Shown here piece by piece: positions 56,515 through 64,000 of a stretch of 64,000 bases of DNA (the first letter of the stretch is position 1; each line of letters begins with the position of its first letter). The notes beneath the pieces were generated by a model, which worked only from the letters and a program-made list of their open reading frames with translations, did no database searches and was not told the origin of the DNA. The position numbers and the translations under genes are program-made. The stretch comes from Candidatus Woykebacteria bacterium (GTDB lineage Bacteria > Patescibacteriota > Microgenomatia > Woykebacterales > RBG-16-39-9b): the NCBI GenBank assembly GCA_040876345.1, contig JBBDPM010000006.1, positions 70,803 through 134,802 on the forward strand, read 5' to 3'.

Positions 56515-57429
56515 CTATGGGTTTTGTTGGTTGCGTTCGCCTAGCCTATCAAAAATTATTTGGAGATCCGGAGGTAGCTTGCTTTCAAAATGGATTCTAA
56601 TGCCCGTTTTTGGGTGGGTAAACTCAAGGTAACTTGCATGGAGGAATTGGCGCCTGCCAAGGGCTTTCCCACCATACAGTCGATCACCAACAATTGGATG
56701 GCCAATGTGGGAAAGATGAACACGGATTTGGTGAGTGCGACCTGTTTTTGGCGCAGCCTCCAAAAGATCAAACTTTTCACCTACATGACTAATCAGACTA
56801 TATTTAGTCATCGCCTCTCGACCCTCTTTATCAACTGCAAATTTTTTGCGATTAACTACGTGCCGACCGATTGGGGCATCGATAGACCCAAAGGTCTTCT
56901 CAACTCTACCCTGCACTAGACAAGTGTATTTTTTAACTACGCTTCTTTCTTTAAACTGTTTCTTCAAAGACTCTAGCGATTTCTCATTTTTGGCTACTAC
57001 TATCAATCCACTAGTTCCTTTATCGAGGCGGTGGACAATACCAGGCCTTAGTGACTCTCCAGAGCCTGGAACGCTCTTAAGATAAAAAAGAACAGCGTTG
57101 ACCAAAGTACCTGAGGGATGATCCAGTGTGGGATGAGTAACTAACCCTGCCTCTTTATCAATTACTAATATACCTTTGTCTTCATAAACTATTTTTAAGG
57201 GAATATTTTCTGGTCTAACTTCTGTTGTTCTGGGCAGTGGAATTTCAAGAGTAATAACGTCGCCTCTTGTTGGTTTATGGTCTGACGTTGTAGGTTGACT
57301 GTTTACCTTAATATTTTCTTCGTGGATAAGTTTTTTTATTTGACTTCTAGAAAGGGACTTTACCTTTGCAGCTAAGAACTGGTCTAGACGGCGCTCTTTA
57401 GGGGTAACTTTAAGCTCTATCTTCCTCAC
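56515..57429 (-). CDS. rluD: RluA-family 23S rRNA pseudouridine synthase (RluD-like) with S4 domain
   Basis: HRLDKGTSGLIVVAKN catalytic motif; N-terminal S4 RLDQFLA... Confidence 0.8.
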   Translation of the reverse strand: MRKIELKVTPKERRLDQFLAAKVKSLSRSQIKKLIHEENIKVNSQPTTSDHKPTRGDVITLEIPLPRTTEVRPENIPLKIVYEDKGILVIDKEAGLVTHPTLDHPSGTLVNAVLFYLKSVPGSGESLRPGIVHRLDKGTSGLIVVAKNEKSLESLKKQFKERSVVKKYTCLVQGRVEKTFGSIDAPIGRHVVNRKKFAVDKEGREAMTKYSLISHVGEKFDLLEAAPKTGRTHQIRVHLSHIGHPIVGDRLYGGKALGRRQFLHASYLEFTHPKTGIRIHFESKLPPDLQIIFDRLGERNQQNP

Positions 57430-57815
57430 TACTTACCTTTATTCAAAAAGACTTTTACCTCGTTGAGTACTTGGTCAGGATTCATGGCACTCTTGACCAA
57501 ATAACCGGAAGCTCCAAGGGAAAAGCCTTCTTTAATTATTGAGTCCTGACCCAAATTTGTCAGCAACACTACTGGACCATTTTTTGGTTTTTTATCTTGA
57601 GCACGGCGCAAGATTTCCAAACCATCAATTTTGGGAAGCATTATGTCAAGCAAAACTAAGCTGTAACCACCTTCAAGAAACTTGTCCAATCCGTCTTGTC
57701 CGTTAGAAGCAAGCTCAACTTCGTAGCCTTCTCCCTTAAGAAGCTCTTCATAAAGCTCTCTTAAAAATTGATCGTCTTCTATAACTAAGATTTTTTGTCC
57801 TTTATCTTCAGCCAT
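57429..57815 (-). CDS. stand-alone response-regulator receiver (CheY-like)
   Basis: KILVIEDD...LVLLDIMLPKIDGLEIL...GASGYLVKS. Confidence 0.8.
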   Translation of the reverse strand: MAEDKGQKILVIEDDQFLRELYEELLKGEGYEVELASNGQDGLDKFLEGGYSLVLLDIMLPKIDGLEILRRAQDKKPKNGPVVLLTNLGQDSIIKEGFSLGASGYLVKSAMNPDQVLNEVKVFLNKGK

Positions 57816-57858
57816 ATATTAATTTTAACATATGCCAAGTATTTATAAAAAGTGAGGT

Positions 57859-58200
57859 CTACCTCCTAACCTTACCTTCGCACCCAACGTGATAAGCTGC
57901 GGTTGGCATGGCCTTGAGGCGCTCTTCAGAAATTTCTTTACCACATTTTTTACATGTCCCGTATTTCCCCTCTTCGATTCTCAAAAGAGCCCCCTCTACT
58001 TCAGAAAGACGCTGCTTCAAATTTAGTCTTGTAGCGACAATCCGGTCATGGCCTTCGGTTTCCGTAATATCGTCATCCACAGTATTTGTTGTGGCTCTAT
58101 CGGGCAGAAGATACGGATCCTCCTTTTTATAGTAGTCAAGTTCTTTAATAAGCTGCTCCTTTTCCGCGGAGAGTTTCTTTTCAATTTCTTTTAAATCCAC
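57859..58200 (-). CDS. DksA/TraR-family C4 zinc-finger protein
   Basis: CKKCGKEISEERL...YHVGCEG (Cys4), coiled N-terminus. Confidence 0.7.
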   Translation of the reverse strand: MDLKEIEKKLSAEKEQLIKELDYYKKEDPYLLPDRATTNTVDDDITETEGHDRIVATRLNLKQRLSEVEGALLRIEEGKYGTCKKCGKEISEERLKAMPTAAYHVGCEGKVRR

Positions 58201-58212
58201 AACTGTTCCTTT

Positions 58213-59034
58213 CTAGATTCTTAATCTTCTCAAAACCCTACCATTTACAGACAGAATAAACTTCAAAAATCCTCGTAAGTCCTCTTTTAAATTTCTCAAG
58301 TTTAGATAGTATAAAGTAAAAAGGCTAACTAAGGCAACCAATAGACTAACTATCTGGGCAGATTTCATTCCAAAAATGTAAATAGAGTCGGCACGGAAGA
58401 GTTCAAATACAAAACGCCCAGAGGAGAGAAAAAACAAACCCTGCAAAAACACTTTACCACTTTTTATCTCCCTCTCTTTTAAGTTGTCCTCATAAACTTT
58501 TTTAAAAATTACAAAAAGCAGCACCGCATACCCTGCTTCATATAATTGGACGGGGTGGCTCTCTCCCAGTAAACTTGAGGCTTGAGTTGCCCAGGGTAGC
58601 GAAGAAGCAGTACCGTACTCAACTCCAGCTAAAAAAGCACCTGTCTTGGCAAAAATTAAAGCCACAAGAGCGGCTAAAAAGGAAAAATCGGCGACTTGAA
58701 GGGTTGTCCATTTCCAACGTCTGGTAAACACTAACCCAACACTTATTACCCCAAATAAAGCTCCAAAAAAATGTAAATCTCCTCTCCAAAATGCTAAAAG
58801 TGAGAGTGGATCATCAAAGGCACTACCAAGGTCAAATAAAAAGCCATAAAGCCGGCCACCAACTAAAGCAGCGATTAAGGATAGAAGAGAAAGATCCAAA
58901 AGTTTTTCACTTTGGTAACCTTGACGTCTGCCTTCCCGCCAAAAAATAAAAGTACCGACAATGTAGGCAGCCACCAAGAAAAATCCGTAGGAATAAATTG
59001 TTACTGGCCCTAGTTTTAAAAGTACGGGAAACAT
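58213..59034 (-). CDS. lgt: prolipoprotein diacylglyceryl transferase
   Basis: GGRLYGFLFD...FWRGDLHFFGALFG Lgt signature region. Confidence 0.8.
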   Translation of the reverse strand: MFPVLLKLGPVTIYSYGFFLVAAYIVGTFIFWREGRRQGYQSEKLLDLSLLSLIAALVGGRLYGFLFDLGSAFDDPLSLLAFWRGDLHFFGALFGVISVGLVFTRRWKWTTLQVADFSFLAALVALIFAKTGAFLAGVEYGTASSLPWATQASSLLGESHPVQLYEAGYAVLLFVIFKKVYEDNLKEREIKSGKVFLQGLFFLSSGRFVFELFRADSIYIFGMKSAQIVSLLVALVSLFTLYYLNLRNLKEDLRGFLKFILSVNGRVLRRLRI

Positions 59035-59078
59035 ATTAAATCTTAACTATAATGGTGAGTTTTTCCGCTTTTTATAAA

Positions 59079-60563
59079 TTATTTCTCCAACTCTTCAATT
59101 AATTTAACTAGGGTCCTTACTCCCACCCCAGTTGGTCCTTTGGCTATATATGGCTTTTCATTTCCTTGCCAGGCAGTCGCGCCAATATCCATGTGGATCC
59201 AAGGATTTTTATTCTCAATAAATTGTTCTAAAAACATTGCCCCCGCAATAACATCGGCTGCCCGAGTTGGCGGAATATTGGCCATATCCGCAATGTCGCT
59301 TCGCAAAAGATCTGTGTACTCCGGATAAAGTGGTAGCTGCCAGGCTCTCTCACCCACTTTTTCCCCAGATTCTATTACAGAATCAACCCATACTTGGGGT
59401 TTACCCATAATACAACTTGCTTCCTCCCCTAAAACAACTGTTGTCGCTCCAGTTAAAGTGGAAAACTCAAAAATCTTTTTTGCCCCAAGTTTTTGAGCCC
59501 AAACTAGAGAGTCTGAAAGCACTACCCTACCCTCCGCATCAGTGTTTAAAATCTCAATTGTTTTTCCGTTCAAAGCTTTAACTACATCCCCTGGTTTTGT
59601 GGCTCTTCCAGAAGGCATATTCTCCGTCAAAGGCACCACTGCCACAATATTTATCTTTGGTTTTAGTTCCCCAACTACCTTCATAAATCCTAAAGTTGCG
59701 GCCGCGGCCGCCATATCCATTTTCATATCATGCATTTTATCCCCGGGCTTAAGGGAAATCCCACCAGTATCAAAAGTTATTCCCTTACCGACAACTCCCA
59801 AAGTATTTTCATCCTTTACCTTACCGCCTTTATACTTTAAAGCAACGATAAATGATGGCTCTTCACTCCCCTTTGCAATCGCTCCAAAGCCTCCCATGCC
59901 TCTCTTCTTAGCTTCACCTTCATCCAAAACTTCGATATCATAGTGATATTCTTTTGCCAATTTTCGCGCTTCCTGAACAAGATAAGAAGGCGTCATTACA
60001 TTAGCTGGCTCAGCAACAAGGTGGCGGGCCCAATTTGTAGCTTCACAAACTGCTTGAGAGTGTTTAAGCAGCTTCTCGTCAACCTTGCCAGTAATAATTA
60101 ACTCCTCAAGTTTGTTCTCGTTTTTCTTAGTTTTGTAAATTCCCGGATCAAAGATCCCAAGAAGGGCTCCTTCGATAACTTCTCCGGCCGTTTCCCCCTT
60201 TTCCAAGCAAAAAGCTAAAGAGACGGCGCCAATTTTTTGGGCGCGTCTGGCCGCAGTCCCAGCCAAGTTTCTGGCAATTCGAGGTGAAAAATCAGCTTTC
60301 TTACCGCCCCCAATCAAAAGAACTCTGATTGAGGGGATTTTGCCATGGGTGAAAATAGAGGTAACTTCGTAGAGTTTTCCCTTAAATTCTTTCAGGCGAA
60401 TAACTTCAGATATAGAGCCACTGATCTTTTTGTCAAGCTCGTCAATAGCCCCTTGAGGCTTTTCACCATCAAATAAAACTATGGCCAAAGCATCGGCCTT
60501 TACTTTATCCAAAGGTTGATCAGTGGTTAAGATTTTCATAACAATGGATTGTATCAAATTCAA
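59079..60563 (-). CDS. pepA: leucyl aminopeptidase (M17)
   Basis: NTDAEGRVVLSD signature, 494 aa. Confidence 0.85.
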   Translation of the reverse strand: MNLIQSIVMKILTTDQPLDKVKADALAIVLFDGEKPQGAIDELDKKISGSISEVIRLKEFKGKLYEVTSIFTHGKIPSIRVLLIGGGKKADFSPRIARNLAGTAARRAQKIGAVSLAFCLEKGETAGEVIEGALLGIFDPGIYKTKKNENKLEELIITGKVDEKLLKHSQAVCEATNWARHLVAEPANVMTPSYLVQEARKLAKEYHYDIEVLDEGEAKKRGMGGFGAIAKGSEEPSFIVALKYKGGKVKDENTLGVVGKGITFDTGGISLKPGDKMHDMKMDMAAAAATLGFMKVVGELKPKINIVAVVPLTENMPSGRATKPGDVVKALNGKTIEILNTDAEGRVVLSDSLVWAQKLGAKKIFEFSTLTGATTVVLGEEASCIMGKPQVWVDSVIESGEKVGERAWQLPLYPEYTDLLRSDIADMANIPPTRAADVIAGAMFLEQFIENKNPWIHMDIGATAWQGNEKPYIAKGPTGVGVRTLVKLIEELEK

Positions 60564-60662
60564 GATAGGTTTGACAAGAAAAAGTCGGGTCGTGAGGCAG
60601 ACGCTTCGGACGATTCAACGTCTGCCCCACAAAATCGTGATCTCTCAAGACCCGGTCGGGTG

Positions 60663-60983
60663 TTATCCGAGCTTGACCGCCAAACATGTCGTCGTCCGGT
60701 CGACACCCTCGATATTCTGGATTTCCCCAGTAATACAGTTACCGAGGCGATCAAGATCGTCAGACTGAAGCTGGACGATCAAATCGTATGGGCCGGTGAC
60801 GGTGTCAGTGGATACGACCTTCGCAAAGTCGCTGTCCAGTGCTTGGATCTTCTCACCAACACTCTTGGCCCTTCCTACCTCTGCCTCGATCAGCACGTAC
60901 CCTCTTACCATCGTGGGAACTCCTTTCTTCAACTCCGATGGCTTGCTTGCCCGTGTTGGGAATATTACTACTACACCAGCCAA
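60663..60983 (-). CDS. stand-alone Lrp/AsnC ligand-binding (RAM) domain protein (GC-rich islet)
   Basis: VRGYVLIEAEVGRAKSVGEKIQALDSDFAKVVSTDTVTGPYDLIVQLQSDDLDRLGNCITGEIQNIEGVDRTTT; probable start at internal Met (about 60911). Confidence 0.5.
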   Translation of the reverse strand: MAGVVVIFPTRASKPSELKKGVPTMVRGYVLIEAEVGRAKSVGEKIQALDSDFAKVVSTDTVTGPYDLIVQLQSDDLDRLGNCITGEIQNIEGVDRTTTCLAVKLG

Positions 60984-61016
60984 AAATCAAATTGCACCGG
61001 ATTTTTATCTTAAAAA

Positions 61017-62156
61017 TTAAACAATAAGAAAGTCGATATCTTTAGGAGCTTCGGTGAGAATTTGCGGCCCATTTTTGGTAACGACTACAATATCTTCCAA
61101 TCTCACCCCTCCCCACCCCGGTATATAAATCCCCGGTTCTACTGTTAGCACTTGGCCCTCTTGAAGTTTATTCTTCGCGTTAACACTAAGTCGTGGTAGT
61201 TCATGTACTTCCAGACCAACTCCATGGCCAAGAGAATGACGGTAAAAATGTTTGGTTTTCGTCTCAAGTAATGATCTCACCTTTTGATCAACCAAGTAGG
61301 CAGATCGTCCTTGCTCTATCAAACTTATCCCCAATTTTTGCGCTTCAAATACCAAGTTGTAAATTTTCTTTTGTTCTTCACTTGGTTTCCCAACAAAAAA
61401 CACTCTGGAAGTGTCGGAGTGGTAACCATTGACCACACATCCGTAATCGACTAGGACCATGTCACCCTTTTTAATCTTTGTGTCTCCAGCTGCCCAATGT
61501 GCCATTGAAGCGTGGGGTCCAGTTGCTACAATAAAAGGGTCCCAAGCCATTTTTTCGGCTCCCTGCTCTCTCATAAACTTTTCCATCTCCCAAGAAATTT
61601 CTTTCTCGGCCATTCCAGTCTTTACAAAATTTAGAATATGTTCGAATGCTTTATCGGCAATTTCCACCGCTTTTTTGATTTGGTCAACTTCCCATGTATC
61701 CTTGACCAAACGTGATTCTTCAACCAAATGGGATACTGGAATAAGTTTTAAGTGAAGGCAGAATTTTTTCAACCGCATCAAGTTGAAAACGGAAAGATTA
61801 TGGGATTCAAAACCAACTCGGGTGAATTTTAACTTTTTTGATAAATCACCAAAGAAGGTAGGTAGTGAAGATTCGTACTCTAATACTTCGAAACCTTTGG
61901 CTGCGGAGATTGCGTGCTCAGTGTAACGGAAATCAGTAAGGATATAAACTTTGTCTAAAGTAATGAGGATCCAACCGCTTTCAAAATCTCCTAGCCAACC
62001 AGATATATAATAACGGTTAGGAGCGGCGGTTATTATAAACGCGTCAAGTCTGTTTTCTTTAAGTCTCTGCTGAACCAGGGCTAACCTCTTTGCGAGGACG
62101 ACCTCTAGGTCGTTTTGTTTTTGGCTCTTCAATAGTAATTTTCCTTGGTCGGCCAC
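61017..62156 (-). CDS. Xaa-Pro aminopeptidase (M24B)
   Basis: HSLGHGVGLEVHELP; GTG start; possible alternative TTG at 62132. Confidence 0.8.
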   Translation of the reverse strand: MADQGKLLLKSQKQNDLEVVLAKRLALVQQRLKENRLDAFIITAAPNRYYISGWLGDFESGWILITLDKVYILTDFRYTEHAISAAKGFEVLEYESSLPTFFGDLSKKLKFTRVGFESHNLSVFNLMRLKKFCLHLKLIPVSHLVEESRLVKDTWEVDQIKKAVEIADKAFEHILNFVKTGMAEKEISWEMEKFMREQGAEKMAWDPFIVATGPHASMAHWAAGDTKIKKGDMVLVDYGCVVNGYHSDTSRVFFVGKPSEEQKKIYNLVFEAQKLGISLIEQGRSAYLVDQKVRSLLETKTKHFYRHSLGHGVGLEVHELPRLSVNAKNKLQEGQVLTVEPGIYIPGWGGVRLEDIVVVTKNGPQILTEAPKDIDFLIV

Positions 62157-62718
62157 GTTTTCTAACCTCCTGTCGTGGAAACTTTGGCAAACGAATCCTT
62201 TTTAGTAAAGATAAAAGACGGGTTCCAATTTTTTCGCCTGTCGCTTCAGACAACTCTACAACTTCAGAAACTTTAGAGGCTAGCGAGCCCCTTTGAGCTG
62301 AGGCGCAATACGGACAAAAATCCCAGGAAAGGTTTATGGCCCTCTTACAATTTTCACATTCTTTGCGAACCTGTAACCCGCAATTTACGCAATAGATAAA
62401 TTCAGGATCGGCTACCTCACCACAGTTTTGACAAAGGGAAAGCCTCCCTTGAGATTCCAAAATTTTCTCTTCCAGTAATTTCAATCTTGCTTCCCCCTTA
62501 TTTAGGGACGGGCGGACCATTAAATAAACTGCAAACCCAACTATCGCCCCAACTGCCACCAAAACCACAGCGATAAATCTTAACAAAAAATTATCTGTTC
62601 GAGAAGAAATATCAAACCATGTCCAAATAGTTAATCCTGCCCAAAGAGCGAACACATAAAATAAAAGAATACTAATTGTATTTGCTTGCGATAAAAAATT
62701 TATAACATCTGCTACCAT
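62059..62718 (-). CDS. membrane-anchored zinc-ribbon protein with two C-terminal AT-hook (GRPRK) motifs
   Basis: 2 TM; CQNCG...CVNCG...CENCKRA...CPYC; KRGRPRKITIEEPKTKRPRGRPRKE; 3' end overlaps M24 peptidase start. Confidence 0.5.
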   Translation of the reverse strand: MVADVINFLSQANTISILLFYVFALWAGLTIWTWFDISSRTDNFLLRFIAVVLVAVGAIVGFAVYLMVRPSLNKGEARLKLLEEKILESQGRLSLCQNCGEVADPEFIYCVNCGLQVRKECENCKRAINLSWDFCPYCASAQRGSLASKVSEVVELSEATGEKIGTRLLSLLKRIRLPKFPRQEVRKRGRPRKITIEEPKTKRPRGRPRKEVSPGSAET

Positions 62719-62768
62719 AAGTTAAGTTTTGACAAAATATACCACAAACGTTTAAAATTTCAAGTTGT

Positions 62769-63203
62769 ATGCTTTCAACCCCGCATATCTTAGTTGGCGC
62801 AGCTATTGTAAAAGTAATTCCAAACCCAGCGATCAGCCTCCCGCTTGCCTTTTTAAGCCACCTGTTATTTGACGCCATTCCTCATTGGGATTTCTCCCCC
62901 ACCCTTGCTCCAAAAACCCTTTTCAAAATCTTTTTGGATTATGCACTCGGGATGCTATTAGTTTTTCTACTTACTTTGGGAAGCGAAAATCAAATTTTAA
63001 TTTTACTAGGTGGAGTGGCCGCAACAGTTCCTGATTTTATTCTTGCCAGTTTCAGGCTTTTTAATTTGCAATTTCTAAATTTCTGGCCCTTATCAGTCTT
63101 TAATAAATTTCACCTTGACATCCAAAACCGGGTGTCGCCTCTGTGGGGAGGACTCGTCTCATTTGTAACTGTTTTAATCTGTGCTTTTATACTCCTAAAG
63201 TGA
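62769..63203 (+). CDS. DUF457/YdjM-like membrane-bound metal-dependent hydrolase (tentative)
   Basis: 144 aa, 4 TM, LSHLLFDAIPHWDF (H-x3-D-x3-H). Confidence 0.4.
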   Translation: MLSTPHILVGAAIVKVIPNPAISLPLAFLSHLLFDAIPHWDFSPTLAPKTLFKIFLDYALGMLLVFLLTLGSENQILILLGGVAATVPDFILASFRLFNLQFLNFWPLSVFNKFHLDIQNRVSPLWGGLVSFVTVLICAFILLK

Positions 63204-63218
63204 AGTTTCAGTTTAGAA

Positions 63219-63782
63219 TTACGACTTGGCCCGTTCCACATACTCTCCAGTTCTAGTATCAACTCTAACCAGATCGCCAATTTTGATGAACATAGGCACA
63301 TTAACCATTAACCCGTTTTCTAAAGTAGACGGCTTGTAGACGCTGGAAACTGTATCCCCTTTTACACCAGGACCAGTCTCGATAACTTTCAAAACCGTCT
63401 GTTTAGGAAGTTCCGCTGAAAGAGCAGCGCTACCGGCTAACAAAACTTCATAAACCTCTCCTTCTTTGAAATATTTCTCTCTCCCTACTAAAGACTGTAG
63501 AGGGATTGATACCTGCTCAAAGGTATTCTGATCCATAAACGAAGCACTTTCTGCATCTAAATACAAAAACTGAAGCTTCTTCTTCTCGGTCTCAGCTTCC
63601 TCCACCCTAGCACCAGACATAAAAGTTTTTTCCAAAAGTTGTCCAGTTTTTAAGTTACGAGCTTTTATTTTTATATTAGCTGAGCCCCGACCGATTTTTG
63701 TGTGTTGATAAGAAACCACTTCAAAAATATCGTTTTCTTCTTTAAAATTTGTACCGGCTCTAAGTTCATTTACAGGGATCAT
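63219..63782 (-). CDS. efp: elongation factor P
   Basis: full-length EF-P domains; loop HTKIGRGSA has Arg at the position of E. coli Lys34. Confidence 0.85.
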   Translation of the reverse strand: MIPVNELRAGTNFKEENDIFEVVSYQHTKIGRGSANIKIKARNLKTGQLLEKTFMSGARVEEAETEKKKLQFLYLDAESASFMDQNTFEQVSIPLQSLVGREKYFKEGEVYEVLLAGSAALSAELPKQTVLKVIETGPGVKGDTVSSVYKPSTLENGLMVNVPMFIKIGDLVRVDTRTGEYVERAKS

Positions 63783-63785
63783 AGT

Positions 63786-63814
63786 TTGCCTCGAGGTATT
63801 TTATCAGGTATAAT
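63786..63814 (+). promoter_or_regulatory. sigma70 promoter TTGCCT-17-TATAAT for tRNA-Leu
   Basis: TTGCCT 63786-63791, TATAAT 63809-63814, about 20 nt before tRNA 5' end. Confidence 0.5.
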
Positions 63815-63835
63815 GTGAACCTGTAAAGTTGACCG

Positions 63836-63923
63836 GGGCAAGTGGCGGAACTGGTATACGCGTAGGTCTCAAAAACCTATGGTGGCAACACCTTGTGGGT
63901 TCGACTCCCACCTTGCCCACCAA
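63836..63923 (+). tRNA. tRNA-Leu (anticodon CAA), class II with long variable arm, CCA encoded
   Basis: Acceptor GGGCAAG/CTTGCCC, D-arm, anticodon stem TAGGT/ACCTA with loop CTCAAAA, long variable arm, T-arm GTGGG-TTCGACT-CCCAC, discriminator A + CCA. Confidence 0.8.
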
Positions 63924-64000
63924 CTAGGCTCTGGCTCTATCAACGCCAAAAAATCTTCTCTTTTCACCAACAAAGCGAAGGTCAATTTCGCCCAGTGGAC

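Overview
Gene-dense, low-GC (about 40%) bacterial chromosomal segment with strong AGGAGG-type ribosome binding sites. It carries many small membrane-anchored or secreted proteins of unknown function, an LPXTG-anchored surface protein, two sensor histidine kinases and a lone receiver. It also encodes a VirD4/TraG-like ATPase and housekeeping genes: rarA, ruvC-yebC, efp, pepA, lgt, rluD, thrB, Clp ATPase, P1B heavy-metal ATPase, CPA2 antiporter, MFS transporter. This is compatible with a reduced-genome Gram-positive-type or CPR/Patescibacteria-like organism, but taxonomy cannot be established from sequence alone. One tRNA-Leu(CAA) with a textbook sigma70 promoter lies at the 3' end. No transposase, integrase, CRISPR array or rRNA was found. 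Five things stand out. (1) Eight short GC-rich islets (about 55-60% GC, 0.2-1.5 kb) are embedded in the AT-rich backbone. They carry foreign-looking genes: a UbiA prenyltransferase, a lipase, a CAP-domain protein, a VanZ-like protein, an Lrp/AsnC RAM-domain protein and small TM peptides. Several of these are decayed. (2) At least four or five disrupted genes were found. A YjjX-like ITPase has a +1 frameshift. The UbiA gene is split at a G8 homopolymer. A HepT (DUF86) toxin homologue and a C39-like peptidase each carry an in-frame TAA exactly where homologues have a sense codon. (3) A 4.1-kb cluster of three tandem secreted proteins is built from an unrecognised Asn/Asp-rich repeat of about 87-120 aa with an invariant TGxNSADKNTGDG core. 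The last protein carries an LPXTG signal, and no sortase is in the window. (4) A 1.3-kb structured non-coding region holds short direct repeats, several hairpins, a clean rho-independent terminator and a small hydrophobic ORF. (5) Two near-consensus promoters are each followed by terminator-like hairpins in their leaders.
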